This document shows positions 44,526-55,094 of a stretch of DNA of 61,758 nt, piece after piece (position 1 is the stretch's first letter; each line of letters opens with the position of its first letter). A model generated the notes under the pieces. That model made no database searches and was not told the origin of the DNA. It worked only from the letters and a program-made list of their open reading frames with translations. The DNA is taken from NCBI GenBank assembly GCA_947600335.1, contig CANQGB010000002.1, forward strand, positions 1-61,758, read 5' to 3'. The stretch is from an uncultured Bacilli bacterium (GTDB taxonomy: Bacteria; Bacillota_I; Bacilli_A; RF39; UBA660). The position numbers and the translations under genes were made by a program.

Positions 44526-45740
44526 TTATATTTTATAATACCTTATCTCAAATGTCGTTTGTTCTTGATTAGACTCCACAACAATATTACCATTTTCGGA
44601 TTCAATTATATTTTTAGCTAAAGCGAGACCAATTCCCACACTGTCAATCGAGGCATTTTTTCCTTTATAAAATCTCTCAAAAATATGGGGCAAATCTTCA
44701 GGCGCAATACCCTCCCCAAAGTCAGTAATAGTAATTAAGACATAGGCTTTAGTTTCTAAACATTTAATAATTACTTTACTTTCCTCTAAAGAATGTTCCA
44801 CACAATTTTTTAAAATATTGGTTATCGCTTCCACTTGCCATAAAAAATCACAATTTAAATTAATACCTTTAGGTGCCTTAAACTCAATTTCAATGTTTTT
44901 TAAATCACATAAAGCGGCGACATTTTTGATGGCTTCCTTAATTAAATCTTCAACTTTAACTTTTTGTTTTAAATAATGCACTGTATTAGTATCTAACTTG
45001 GATAATTTTAAAAGCGATTGCACTAAAAAATTGATATTCAATATTTCTCTTTTAATATCCTTAATAAATTCTTCTTTTGTAACTTGGTCCATATTGTTAT
45101 CATCAATTAAATTATCTAGCATAATTAAAATCGAAGTTAAAGGGGTTTTTAACTGATGCGAAATATCTTCTAAGGACTTTTTTAAATTCATCTTATCTTG
45201 CTCTTTATTAAAAGCCACTTCTTTTAACATTACTGTCGTTTTATAAATTTCATTTTTTAAAATAGAAAGTTCATCTTCCGAATTATCTCGTAAATCTAAA
45301 GCATAATTATTTTTATTAATAGCTTGAATATATTGAGTAATCTTATTTAACTCGCGACTTTTTTTCCGTTCATAACCAAAAAATATTACGTAAATAACTC
45401 CTATACCTAAAAGGCCAATTATCATATTTATTTTTTGGAAATCAGCTAACTTTTCATCATTATTTAACACTATTGAATCATTTTCTATATCAATTCCATA
45501 CTTAAAAAAGATATCTTGCTCTGGTTTAGAAGAATTATTCAAAATTTCCATTATCTCTAATTCTGAAACCATGGGATATTTTTCTTGGACTTTAGCTACA
45601 ATGGAAACTATTTTTTCATTAAATTGGCGGTTGTAAATTCGATACTCATAAGTTGTCACTAAATTAATTATAAGGAGAAATAAGCCACTAACTAATAAAC
45701 TTATTAAAAGATATTTTTTTAAATTAATTTTATTTTTCAT
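44526..45740 (-). CDS. Sensor histidine kinase (two TM helices, ~80-aa extracellular loop)
   Basis: H-box SHQLKTPLTS, N-box ILKNCVEHS, G-boxes DFGEGI and GIGLALA. Confidence 0.9.
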   Translation of the reverse strand: MKNKINLKKYLLISLLVSGLFLLIINLVTTYEYRIYNRQFNEKIVSIVAKVQEKYPMVSELEIMEILNNSSKPEQDIFFKYGIDIENDSIVLNNDEKLADFQKINMIIGLLGIGVIYVIFFGYERKKSRELNKITQYIQAINKNNYALDLRDNSEDELSILKNEIYKTTVMLKEVAFNKEQDKMNLKKSLEDISHQLKTPLTSILIMLDNLIDDNNMDQVTKEEFIKDIKREILNINFLVQSLLKLSKLDTNTVHYLKQKVKVEDLIKEAIKNVAALCDLKNIEIEFKAPKGINLNCDFLWQVEAITNILKNCVEHSLEESKVIIKCLETKAYVLITITDFGEGIAPEDLPHIFERFYKGKNASIDSVGIGLALAKNIIESENGNIVVESNQEQTTFEIRYYKI

Positions 45741-46380
45741 CTATCCGATATCCTATTCCTTTTAAAGTTATGATGACTTCACTGCCAATTTTCTCTCGCA
45801 GGCGATTGATATAAACTGTTACCGTATGGTCATCGACATCATTACCAGTCCATTCCCAAATTTTTTCAATTATCGTTTGCCGACTAACTACATTGTTAAT
45901 ATTCAAAAATAATAAGTTAAGAATTTTTAATTCTAGCGCGGTTAATTCAACAATTTTATTATGCTTTTTTACTTCCATCTTCGCCAAATCAAAAGTAAGA
46001 TTTTGTACTTTAATTATATTATTATTTTGCGTTCTTGCTAAAATTTTATTTATTCTTGCCAGTAATTCTTTGGTACTAAAAGGCTTCGTGATATAATCTT
46101 CTGCTCCCATATCTAAACCTTTAACAATTTCATCTTCTTCATCCCGCGCCGTTAGAAATAAAACGGGAATTTTTAAACTTTGAATTTCGCTAAAAAAATT
46201 AAAGCCATTGCCATCGGGTAACAAAACATCTAAAATGATTAAATCAACATTTTGACTTGCCAAAATAGTTTTCGCCATAGCTATATTCTCCGCCGTTAAT
46301 AAATTATAAGAACTTTTCTTAAAAGTATATTTTAAACCTTTACAAATTGTGGAATTATCTTCTACTAGTAAAATTGTCAT
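45730..46380 (-). CDS. OmpR-family response regulator
   Basis: Receiver domain (LLVEDN..., DLIILDVLLPDG, LTARD) plus a winged-helix output domain. The ATG at 46380 follows a GGAGGAA RBS. Confidence 0.9.
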   Translation of the reverse strand: MTILLVEDNSTICKGLKYTFKKSSYNLLTAENIAMAKTILASQNVDLIILDVLLPDGNGFNFFSEIQSLKIPVLFLTARDEEDEIVKGLDMGAEDYITKPFSTKELLARINKILARTQNNNIIKVQNLTFDLAKMEVKKHNKIVELTALELKILNLLFLNINNVVSRQTIIEKIWEWTGNDVDDHTVTVYINRLREKIGSEVIITLKGIGYRIDEK

Positions 46381-46435
46381 TAGGTTTCCTCCTTCCAAAT
46401 ATTATAGCATAAGTCAAAAAAAGGCCTAAGCCTTT

Positions 46436-49075
46436 TTAAATGTTTTCATTCCGAATTGTTTCAATCGTATTTTGTTTATTGATTTTATTTAACGAATATT
46501 TCATCAACGTAGTTATTAATAAGAAAACGGCGGCGATAGCTAAAATAATCGCTAAAACTGGTAATTGATAAGCAAATTCGCGGTCTGGAACTAAGAAGTG
46601 ATAAATTATAAGCGATAAACCAACGCCAATCGGAATGCCAAAAATAAGTGATTTCATGCCCATAAATAAACTTTCTAATCTAATCATGGCTTTAAATTCT
46701 TTTGAGGTCATACCAATCGACTTTAACATAGCAAACTCTCTTTTACGCAATTCCATATTAGTAGTAATCGTATTAAAAATATTAGTAATTCCAATCAACG
46801 AAATAACAATAATAAAACCATATAAGAAAATCGCTACTAAGATAAATAAATTTTTCATCATTCGGACATTTTCTTCGATATTATCTAACTGATAATCTTC
46901 ATCTTGCAAAATGGTTTCAATTTCATCTTGTAATTTATCAGCATCACTGGCATCGTAGAAAACTTCTAAAACTTTGGAAGTGCCTAAACTCTCAAATAAT
47001 TCATCACTCACAATTAATTCTTGATTAGCCGATTTATTTTTTAAACCAAATGGTGCGGTCGTCGTCACATAACCAATTTCTAAATCGGAATAACTTTCTC
47101 CATAATCTAAAGTCCCGGTTATAACATCGCCAGCTTGATAATCATATATACTCATATACTTATCAACATCAATGCCTTCATCTGGTCGTTTAACCGAAAT
47201 GTGTTCAAAATCAACTAAAATGGCTTTATTTTTCATAGTTTCATAATCTAAACCAAAAGATTTAAGATATTTTTGATATTGGTCTTCACCTAAAGCCACG
47301 ATGTTAAAATAGGCATTTCTTTCTTTACTTGGGTCTAATTTGAAATAATTTAAATATTCTTCATTCATTTTAACATTTAAAACATTGTATCCTAAATAAC
47401 GAACTATGGCAAAATTATTAATGTTATCTAATTTCGTAGTTGCTAAAACATTGGCATAACTATTATCGGTAATATTTCGAATAGAGGTATAAACATTATA
47501 TTCCGAAATATTTAATTCACTTTCCACGGTCGAAAAAGCGAGACTCATAAACGAAGATAAAGCAATAAAGACGGAAACTGATACGATTATTGACAAAATG
47601 GTAGTCCGATATTTCTTTTTGTTGCGTTTTAAATTTTTGTAAGATATCTCACCACCAATGCCAAAAACTTTCGAAATTATTTTAGGCGTTCTTAAACTTT
47701 TAGCTTTGATTTTAATGTTGGCACTATTGCGAATTGATTCGATGGGACTAATAACACTTGCTCTTTTGGCACTTTTAAAAGCCGATAGATAAATAGTCAA
47801 AATACCTAAAACTACCGCGGTTAGTAAGAAAGGTAAACGAATACTAAAAATTAATTTTATCCCGGTTGCTAAACTATCATTAAGATAGTAATTACTAATA
47901 ATAATTAATAAAACTGAAGCTATTAAACCTAAGATAAGACCTAAAGGTATCCCAATTATGCCTAAAATACTGGCCTCATAGAAAACATTCTTTTTAATTT
48001 GTTTTTTAGTTGCTCCAACACTTTTAAGCATTCCATATTGTCTTTGTTTTTCGGTAATCGAAATATCAAAACTATTTTTAATACAAAAGACGGAAGTCAC
48101 TATAATAATTAAACAGACAATAGCAATAACGATATCTAACCCTTCAATCGCACTTAAAGGATTATTTTCTAAAGTTATTAAATAAGAATTAATATCCGCA
48201 TCATATTTAACTTTAGCTAATTCTTGGTAAGCCGCTTCTATGTCATCATTCTCATCAAATTCAGCATAACTTAAATCGCCTTCTTGCCATTTTTTATAGA
48301 TTTGTCTATCTACTCCTAAAATATCAGCAGTAACTTCATAGGCACTCTTAGCCCCTTTTTTGGTATACTTAGCATAAATATCTACTACTCCATCCGTCGG
48401 AATAGAATCACTATAAGTAATAAAAGTATAACCCGGCGCGGTATAAGATTCTAAATTAGATGCTACTCTTTCCATTATTCCCACAATTTTATAAGTTTTC
48501 GCCGTGGTATTAATAATTGTTTCTGATTTTTCTTTACTTGCTTCATCATATTGTAAAGGATTACTTTGGTCTAAAAGATAGCCATCCAAAGCAACTCTTG
48601 TTCCCACATCTAAAGTGATTTCATCCCCGACATGCCAAGTAATTCGCCCATTAGTTTTCAAATGCGTTGGAATTAGAATTTCATTTTCATTTTCAGGAAA
48701 CCGTCCTTCGACTAAATTAATCGATAAATTAGCCAATGCTTCCTGATTTAAGGCTTTCAAATAAGCATACGGTTTATAAGTATTTTGGGAATTTTCTAAA
48801 TTAGCATAACCGATATTCTTTACTATATAGAAGTCTTTTATATCCCGATTATTTTGAAAAACATTGATATCTTCAACCGGCACATCTGAAAAAACCGCAT
48901 GAAAATTTCCCTTTACTTGGGTTTCATATTTTATTAACGAAGACAACAAACTCGAATACATCGTTGTTACCGCGGTGATTAAAGCAACTGACAAAATAAT
49001 TCCAATAATGGTTACAATTGTTCTTTTTTTATTTAATTTTAAGTTATTAATAGTCAAACGATTCAGTAAATTCAT
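46436..49075 (-). CDS. FtsX/MacB-type ABC transporter permease, duplicated (two TM-ectodomain-3TM halves)
   Basis: 879 aa. The hydrophobicity pattern is 1+3 and 1+3 helices with two large loops. It lies directly downstream of a MacB/LolD-type ATPase. Confidence 0.8.
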   Translation of the reverse strand: MNLLNRLTINNLKLNKKRTIVTIIGIILSVALITAVTTMYSSLLSSLIKYETQVKGNFHAVFSDVPVEDINVFQNNRDIKDFYIVKNIGYANLENSQNTYKPYAYLKALNQEALANLSINLVEGRFPENENEILIPTHLKTNGRITWHVGDEITLDVGTRVALDGYLLDQSNPLQYDEASKEKSETIINTTAKTYKIVGIMERVASNLESYTAPGYTFITYSDSIPTDGVVDIYAKYTKKGAKSAYEVTADILGVDRQIYKKWQEGDLSYAEFDENDDIEAAYQELAKVKYDADINSYLITLENNPLSAIEGLDIVIAIVCLIIIVTSVFCIKNSFDISITEKQRQYGMLKSVGATKKQIKKNVFYEASILGIIGIPLGLILGLIASVLLIIISNYYLNDSLATGIKLIFSIRLPFLLTAVVLGILTIYLSAFKSAKRASVISPIESIRNSANIKIKAKSLRTPKIISKVFGIGGEISYKNLKRNKKKYRTTILSIIVSVSVFIALSSFMSLAFSTVESELNISEYNVYTSIRNITDNSYANVLATTKLDNINNFAIVRYLGYNVLNVKMNEEYLNYFKLDPSKERNAYFNIVALGEDQYQKYLKSFGLDYETMKNKAILVDFEHISVKRPDEGIDVDKYMSIYDYQAGDVITGTLDYGESYSDLEIGYVTTTAPFGLKNKSANQELIVSDELFESLGTSKVLEVFYDASDADKLQDEIETILQDEDYQLDNIEENVRMMKNLFILVAIFLYGFIIVISLIGITNIFNTITTNMELRKREFAMLKSIGMTSKEFKAMIRLESLFMGMKSLIFGIPIGVGLSLIIYHFLVPDREFAYQLPVLAIILAIAAVFLLITTLMKYSLNKINKQNTIETIRNENI

Positions 49076-49078
49076 AAA

Positions 49079-49750
49079 TTACACCTCTTCGACAATTTTC
49101 CCATCTTCAATTTTAATAATTCTATCAGCACATTTCGCTATTTCTAAATTATGGGTTATCATAATAATTGTTTGTTTTAATTCTTTATTGGTCTTTTTTA
49201 ACAAGGCAACAATTTCTTCACTCGATTTTGAATCTAGGTTACCCGTGGGTTCATCAGCTAAAATAATCGCCGGTTTCGTAATTAAAGCCCGGCCAATACT
49301 AGTTCGTTGTTGTTGACCTCCCGATAATTCATTTGGTAAATGTTTTTTGCGGTTTTCTAAACCAAGTAGTTTTAATAATTCATTTAATTCTTGACTATCG
49401 ATTTGGCGATTATCTAAAGATAAAGGTAGACAGATATTTTCTTCAACATTCAATATCGGAATTAAGTTATAAAACTGATAAATTAAGCCAATTTGTCTTC
49501 GACGAAAAATAGCTAACTTGTCATCATTTAATTCACAAATATTTTCTGCTTCAATAAAAATCTTGCCACTAGTTGGTCTATCTACTCCACCAATTAAATG
49601 TAAAAGGGTTGACTTCCCACTACCACTTGCTCCCACGATGGCAATAAATTCCCCTTTTTCAACCGAAAATGATACATGGTCTAAAGCCACAACTTTGGTG
49701 GTATTTTTGCCATATACTTTAGTTAAATTTTCTACTCTAAGTATTTCCAT
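49079..49750 (-). CDS. ABC transporter ATP-binding protein (MacB/LolD-like)
   Basis: Walker A GASGSGKST, LSGGQQQR signature, Walker B ILADEPTGNLD. Confidence 0.9.
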   Translation of the reverse strand: MEILRVENLTKVYGKNTTKVVALDHVSFSVEKGEFIAIVGASGSGKSTLLHLIGGVDRPTSGKIFIEAENICELNDDKLAIFRRRQIGLIYQFYNLIPILNVEENICLPLSLDNRQIDSQELNELLKLLGLENRKKHLPNELSGGQQQRTSIGRALITKPAIILADEPTGNLDSKSSEEIVALLKKTNKELKQTIIMITHNLEIAKCADRIIKIEDGKIVEEV

Positions 49751-49839
49751 AATGTGTTTCCTCTTTTCTTTTTTTTAGTCATTTTACTAAATCTAAGTTA
49801 CAACTAAGTTACAAAATAAAAGAGATTTAATAAAACCTC

Positions 49840-50889
49840 TTAAAAGAATCTTAAAATATCTTGGAAAGTTATATAAATCATTAACAAGATAAGTAAGAAA
49901 AAGCCAATTGTATGAGCTGTTGCTTCAATTTTCGCATTGATTGGACTACCTTTAATTTTTTCAATTATCATAAATAAGACATGACCACCATCAAAAGCAG
50001 GGAATGGTAATATATTGATAAAACCAACATTGATACTTAAAAACGCAACTAAATAGATAAGTTGGGATATGCCAACACTAACTGATTCTCCAACTACTTG
50101 ATATATACCTACTGGTCCCGATAAAGCATTGACTGAAATCTTTCCAGTAAATAAACTTGCAATGGTTAAAACCATGGAATCAATAATACTATAAAATTTA
50201 CTAAAGGCATAACCAATACTATTTAACAAACCATAATGTTTCGTAGTATCGACCCCAAAACCAAATTGAGTACTTTCACTGCCATCTTCATTTTGAATCG
50301 TATTTGGTGTTACTTGATAAGTTTTTATCTCGCCATTACTTTTCTTAATTTCAAATTCATAAGTATCACTCGAATTTTTCCGAATTAAAGCAATTTGCGC
50401 TTTATCCCAAGTTCTTACTCGCATGCCATTGATTTTTAAAATTGTATCGCCAACTTCTACTCCCGCTTGTTCCATACTCGAATTTTCTAATATAGCTCCA
50501 ATAATCGGTTTAGTAGTTGTAGAACCACAAAATAATCCTAAGAAAAATAAGATAATAATTGCAAGTAAAAAGTTATTGAAAACTCCAGCTACTAAAATAA
50601 TTAATCTTTGATACCAAGGCCGATTACACATAAATTTTTCTTTGGCAATTTTTCCATCATCTTCGTATACTTCTCCCGCCATTGAGACAAAGCCTCCAAT
50701 CGGAAAAGCCCGAATGTTATAATCGATATTATCTTTACCTTTATGGGTATGTAAAATTGGACCCATTCCAATAGAAAATTCATAAATATGAACATGTGAC
50801 AATTTCGCGGTAATAAAATGCCCAAATTCATGCACTAAAATGATAATACCTAAAATTAAAATTAATAGTAATAATGTTATAAACCACAT
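49840..50889 (-). CDS. rseP: Site-2 (M50) intramembrane zinc metalloprotease RseP/RasP with a PDZ domain
   Basis: HEFGHF motif, a PDZ-like segment (AGVEVGDTILKINGMRV) and the FDGGH motif. The cdsA-rseP order is typical. Confidence 0.9.
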   Translation of the reverse strand: MWFITLLLLILILGIIILVHEFGHFITAKLSHVHIYEFSIGMGPILHTHKGKDNIDYNIRAFPIGGFVSMAGEVYEDDGKIAKEKFMCNRPWYQRLIILVAGVFNNFLLAIIILFFLGLFCGSTTTKPIIGAILENSSMEQAGVEVGDTILKINGMRVRTWDKAQIALIRKNSSDTYEFEIKKSNGEIKTYQVTPNTIQNEDGSESTQFGFGVDTTKHYGLLNSIGYAFSKFYSIIDSMVLTIASLFTGKISVNALSGPVGIYQVVGESVSVGISQLIYLVAFLSINVGFINILPFPAFDGGHVLFMIIEKIKGSPINAKIEATAHTIGFFLLILLMIYITFQDILRFF

Positions 50890-50901
50890 AATATTTCCTC
50901 C

Positions 50902-51690
50902 TTATATAAACTTAATTAATACAATAAATGCCAATATGACAAATATTAAACTATCCAGTCGGTCTAAAATACCTCCATGACCGGGAATTAAATTACTAAA
51001 ATCTTTTATATTATTTTCTCTTTTTATTTTACTGAAAAACAAATCCCCTAATTGAGCCACCATCGATAATAAAATCGTGATAATGATAGTTGCTAAAACT
51101 TTAGTTGAACTAATAAAATTTAAATAATACAAGGTCGCTACCACCGTTGAAACCAATAAGCCACCCAGTGAACCTTCAATAGTTTTGTTAGGACTTATTT
51201 TACTCCACTTATGTTTACCAATTAGTTTACCAATCAATAAAGCAAAGACATCGGTTAAAACTACAACTAATAACAAATATAATAAGTATGTTAAACTAGA
51301 AGTTCTAATTAAAATTAAAACATTAAAAATAAAGCCTACAAACAAAGTCATTCCACTTAAATAGATAGCATCTTGCGTTTGATATTCTTCTTGATAAAAT
51401 AAACAAGGTAACAACAAGACTAAAAAGGTCAAAGCTATATAAAAATAAGAAAAATTTAATATTAAGCTTTGTGATTCAAATTCACTAAAACACAAAAAGA
51501 TAACTAAGCCAAAACTTAAAAATTTTACTAAATCGGGATAATCTCGATGACTTTTTTTTAAGTCCATTATTTCCTTTAAAGCTATAACACTTAGCATGGC
51601 ACATAATACTTTAAATACATTATTTCCCAAGATAATAGCTGGGATAAATATGAGTGCTACTAAGAACCCGCCTAATAACCGTTTTTTCAT
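50902..51690 (-). CDS. cdsA: Phosphatidate cytidylyltransferase
   Basis: Signature [28 protein letters not shown]. Polytopic membrane protein. Confidence 0.9.
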   Translation of the reverse strand: MKKRLLGGFLVALIFIPAIILGNNVFKVLCAMLSVIALKEIMDLKKSHRDYPDLVKFLSFGLVIFLCFSEFESQSLILNFSYFYIALTFLVLLLPCLFYQEEYQTQDAIYLSGMTLFVGFIFNVLILIRTSSLTYLLYLLLVVVLTDVFALLIGKLIGKHKWSKISPNKTIEGSLGGLLVSTVVATLYYLNFISSTKVLATIIITILLSMVAQLGDLFFSKIKRENNIKDFSNLIPGHGGILDRLDSLIFVILAFIVLIKFI

Positions 51691-51730
51691 ACATTCACCT
51701 ATCTTTTATAGTATATAATTAAATTTTTCT

Positions 51731-52804
51731 TTAGTCAATTGCATCTTCTAACTTCTTTGCATCAAATTCTTCACAAACATTGGAATTTAAAGTTAAACTT
51801 TTATCGCCTAAAATTACATTATTGGTTTGACATTTTAAAATATTTAATTTATCAGTTTCATACAATGTTAAACCATCTTTTTCTGTTACAATTGCTTTTT
51901 CAATCATTTTTTTAAAAGTCATACGATGGTCTGTTAAAACATAACTTAATTCATAGATATTTTCTTCATCATATTTTATATACATATTATTTAAACATTG
52001 ACTATAAAAATTATATTCATCAGTTTTCGAAATAATATTTAAGTTATTAGTACATTCACTTGCTTTATCAAATACTAATTCATAAGTTTTATATAAATCG
52101 GTTTCGAGTAGAATCGCATCTTTTACATAAATGTAGGTGGTATTATTTTTCTTACTTTTACTCGCTATTCGACCGATTATATTAACACTATCATATATTT
52201 TATAATCGGATAAATCATAACGATTGCCTAAATCAACTTGAACGGTGATATGGTCCTTAAAAGCCACATGCCCATTTAATTTATTATCGGTTTGTTCATA
52301 TCCTTGGAGTTCTAAAATATTTGTTCCTTGAATTTTACTAATTTTCCCTTGAATATTAAAAAACTTTTCCCGATATTTACCATAATTATTTAGAATTTCA
52401 TTGCTTATAGTATTGATGGATGTTTCATCTAAAATAACATTACAAGCATATACTGAACGATAAAAATGGTCGAGCATTTGGTTATCTTGACAATTATAAA
52501 CCCGATATAATAAAGAGTTATAAGTACTAACATCTTTAGAAGAAGTTACTTTTATAGCTAAGATAGGTGGCAATTCGAGAAAACTAACTAACAGATAATC
52601 AATTAAAAACAATTCACTAAAAAAAGATAAGAAAACTATTGTCATTTTAAAAACATTTTTTTTCTTATTTAAAAATAAAGCTAAAGTTAAAAGAATCAAT
52701 CCCATTAGTGCTAAAGCTAAACGTAATAGTTGATAATCTTTAAACCAAAAAGGCGCGATAATCATAATTAAACTTATTGTTACTAAAAAGAGTTTTCCTT
52801 TCAC
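51731..52804 (-). CDS. Membrane protein of unknown function (357 aa)
   Basis: GTG start after an AAGGTGA RBS. Three N-terminal TM helices, then a soluble domain. Confidence 0.55.
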   Translation of the reverse strand: MKGKLFLVTISLIMIIAPFWFKDYQLLRLALALMGLILLTLALFLNKKKNVFKMTIVFLSFFSELFLIDYLLVSFLELPPILAIKVTSSKDVSTYNSLLYRVYNCQDNQMLDHFYRSVYACNVILDETSINTISNEILNNYGKYREKFFNIQGKISKIQGTNILELQGYEQTDNKLNGHVAFKDHITVQVDLGNRYDLSDYKIYDSVNIIGRIASKSKKNNTTYIYVKDAILLETDLYKTYELVFDKASECTNNLNIISKTDEYNFYSQCLNNMYIKYDEENIYELSYVLTDHRMTFKKMIEKAIVTEKDGLTLYETDKLNILKCQTNNVILGDKSLTLNSNVCEEFDAKKLEDAID

Positions 52805-52861
52805 TGGCCATCACCTTAATTATTACCATTATAACATAACTTTTCCTAAATGTTAAATTCC

Positions 52862-52890
52862 TTGACAATCAAAAAGTTTTAAACTAATAT
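52862..52890 (+). promoter_or_regulatory. Promoter TTGACA-17-TAATAT of paralogue 1
   Basis: Read directly. The same hexamers and spacing are seen at paralogue 2. Confidence 0.6.
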
Positions 52891-52916
52891 ATAACCGAAA
52901 GAAAGGAAAAAAAATT

Positions 52917-53687
52917 ATGCAAGATTATAGTTTAAATGACCAAGAAGCAAATCAATTTATTATTAACTATGAAATTAAAGATAATAAGATTGAAATTAAT
53001 TATGCCAATGGCGATATTAAAGAAATAAATTATTCAGTTGATAACGAAAAAAGAATTCTTGAGGAAATGGAAAATCAAGTTCAAAATTGTCAACAATTTA
53101 AAAGTAAACAAGAAAAAACTTTAGGTAAATATCGTAAAAAGAATGCTAAAGCTTGGTTCTACGTAGAATTATTTTTATTTTCTATTTTAGGTGGTGCTTT
53201 AGGATTAACTTTAGTTTATAGTATCTTATTTATGGGTTCTACTTTAATCAGTATACCGGAAATACTTAAAATAATAATTTCAGCGACATCCGCATTAGCA
53301 GCCATCTTAGTTCCTTATCCATTAGGAAAAGCTGTTGCTAGCAAACTAAAAATTAATGATATTGAAGCTACTCTAGAAGATATTGAAAAAAACGAATTAT
53401 TCTTAGAAAATAAAAAGAAGATTAATAAAAACATTAAAAAAGGTAATTGTTTAGATAATGTTGCTCAAGAAACTAAAGAAATCATCATAGACAAAGAAAA
53501 TCCTAGTTTAAATATCAATGATTTAGATAAAATGCAATTAGCTGATATAGAAAATATCTTACTAAATATTAAAAGAAATAAATTATTAAATTTAAAACAA
53601 GAAAATGATTTAGTAGAAGATAACTTATTTACTCCTGAAGAACTTACAAAGGATGAAGAATATACGCGAACTAAAAGTTTAAATTAA
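52917..53687 (+). CDS. Membrane protein, paralogue 1 of a tandem pair (conserved N- and C-terminal soluble parts, divergent TM core)
   Basis: 256 aa. RBS GAAAGAAAGGAAA. Central hydrophobic region near aa 80-135. Confidence 0.7.
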   Translation: MQDYSLNDQEANQFIINYEIKDNKIEINYANGDIKEINYSVDNEKRILEEMENQVQNCQQFKSKQEKTLGKYRKKNAKAWFYVELFLFSILGGALGLTLVYSILFMGSTLISIPEILKIIISATSALAAILVPYPLGKAVASKLKINDIEATLEDIEKNELFLENKKKINKNIKKGNCLDNVAQETKEIIIDKENPSLNINDLDKMQLADIENILLNIKRNKLLNLKQENDLVEDNLFTPEELTKDEEYTRTKSLN

Positions 53688-53736
53688 ACATGAAAAAAGT
53701 TAACCTAATTTGGTAAATAACTTTTATTTAGAAAAT

Positions 53737-53784
53737 GGGCTGTTCAATTATTAAGTGATTAATTTTTGAATTTGCCCTTTTTTA
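53737..53784 (+). terminator. Terminator of paralogue 1
   Basis: An extended imperfect hairpin, GGGC...TTCAA...TTGAA...GCCC, followed by T7. Confidence 0.55.
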
Positions 53785-53803
53785 TGTGGTTTTATTTATT
53801 TTC

Positions 53804-53832
53804 TTGACACTAAAGACTTTTTTTACTAATAT
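53804..53832 (+). promoter_or_regulatory. Promoter TTGACA-17-TAATAT of paralogue 2
   Basis: Read directly. Confidence 0.6.
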
Positions 53833-53862
53833 ATACAAGTCGAAAGAAAGGGAAAGAAAATT

Positions 53863-54621
53863 ATGCAAGATTATAGTTTAAATGACCAAGAAGCTAACAA
53901 ATTTATTATTAACTATGAAATTAAAGGTAATAAGATAGAAATACATTATGCTAGTGGTGATATTAAAGAAATAGATTATTCAGTTGAAACAGAAAAAAGA
54001 ATTCTTGAAGAAATGGAAAATCAAGTTCAAAATTGTCAACAATTTAAAAAGACAAAAGAAGAAGATTTAAATAATTATCGTAAAGAAAATCATTATGATT
54101 GGAAAATTATTAAAACTGGTTTAGTTACTTTAATTGGTGGATTTTTAGCTAGTTTAGTTTTTTTTACATTTTTTACTGATCTAAATATAATGGAAATGCT
54201 TACAATATTAATTGTATCAGTTTCGGTGACATCTATCGGAGCATTTCCTGAACCAATAATAGAAGCTATTGCTAGTAAACGAAAAATTAATGAAATTCAA
54301 GCAACCCTAGAAGATATTGAAAAACACGAATTATTCTTAGAAAATGAAAAAGAAATCAATAAAGACATCATAAAAGATAATTGCTTAGATAATATTTCTC
54401 AAGAAACTAAAGAAATCATCATGGACAAAGAAAATCCTAGTTTAAATATTAATGATTTAGATAAAATGCAATTAGCTGATATTGAAAGTATCTTACTAAA
54501 TATTAAAAGAAATAAATTATTAAATTTAAAACAAGAAAATGATTTAGCCGAAGATAACTTATTTACTCCTGAAGAACTTACAAAGGATGAAGAATATACA
54601 CGAACTAAAAGTTTAAATTAA
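53863..54621 (+). CDS. Membrane protein, paralogue 2 of the tandem pair
   Basis: 252 aa. The first 62 aa differ from paralogue 1 at 7 positions and the last ~70 aa at 3 positions. The central TM region is largely different. Confidence 0.7.
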   Translation: MQDYSLNDQEANKFIINYEIKGNKIEIHYASGDIKEIDYSVETEKRILEEMENQVQNCQQFKKTKEEDLNNYRKENHYDWKIIKTGLVTLIGGFLASLVFFTFFTDLNIMEMLTILIVSVSVTSIGAFPEPIIEAIASKRKINEIQATLEDIEKHELFLENEKEINKDIIKDNCLDNISQETKEIIMDKENPSLNINDLDKMQLADIESILLNIKRNKLLNLKQENDLAEDNLFTPEELTKDEEYTRTKSLN

Positions 54622-54629
54622 AACCATGA

Positions 54630-54665
54630 AAAAAGTTAACCGTTAATTGGCTAACTTTTTTTAAT
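54630..54665. terminator. Bidirectional terminator between paralogue 2 (+) and hbs (-)
   Basis: AGTTAACC-GTTAATT-GGCTAACT (7 of 8 bp) is flanked by an A-run and a T-run. Confidence 0.55.
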
Positions 54666-54671
54666 TAATAA

Positions 54672-54944
54672 TTAGTTTACAGCATCTTTTAATTTGCTGC
54701 CAGCTTTGAATGAAACAACATTTTTAGCTGGTATTTTAATTGCTTGTTTAGTTAATGGATTAATTCCTTCACGAGCAGCTCTTTCTTTAGATTGGAATGT
54801 ACCAAAACCTACGAAAGATACTTTACCTTCTTTTTTAAGTCCTTCTGTAATTCCTTCTAAAGTTGCATCTAATGCACGAGTAGCATCAGCTTTAGTTAAT
54901 CCTGCTCTATCAGCAATGAATTCTACTAATTCTTGTTTTGTCAT
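54672..54944 (-). CDS. hup: Nucleoid protein HU
   Basis: MTKQELVEFIADRAGLTKADATRALDATLEGITEGLKKEGKVSFVGFGTFQSKERAAREGINPLTKQAIKIPAKNVVSFKAGSKLKDAVN. The ATG at 54944 follows a GGGAGG RBS. Confidence 0.95.
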   Translation of the reverse strand: MTKQELVEFIADRAGLTKADATRALDATLEGITEGLKKEGKVSFVGFGTFQSKERAAREGINPLTKQAIKIPAKNVVSFKAGSKLKDAVN

Positions 54945-55094
54945 TTTTTTACCTCCCACTTTCTTAAAGGCCTTAGCCTTACATACTAAAAATAGCAAAG
55001 ATTTTCTTTAAAAGCAAGAATAATCAGGCTATTTGATAAATATATGACATCTAAATAGCGGAAGTTTACCTTTAATTTACGTTAATTTCTATAA

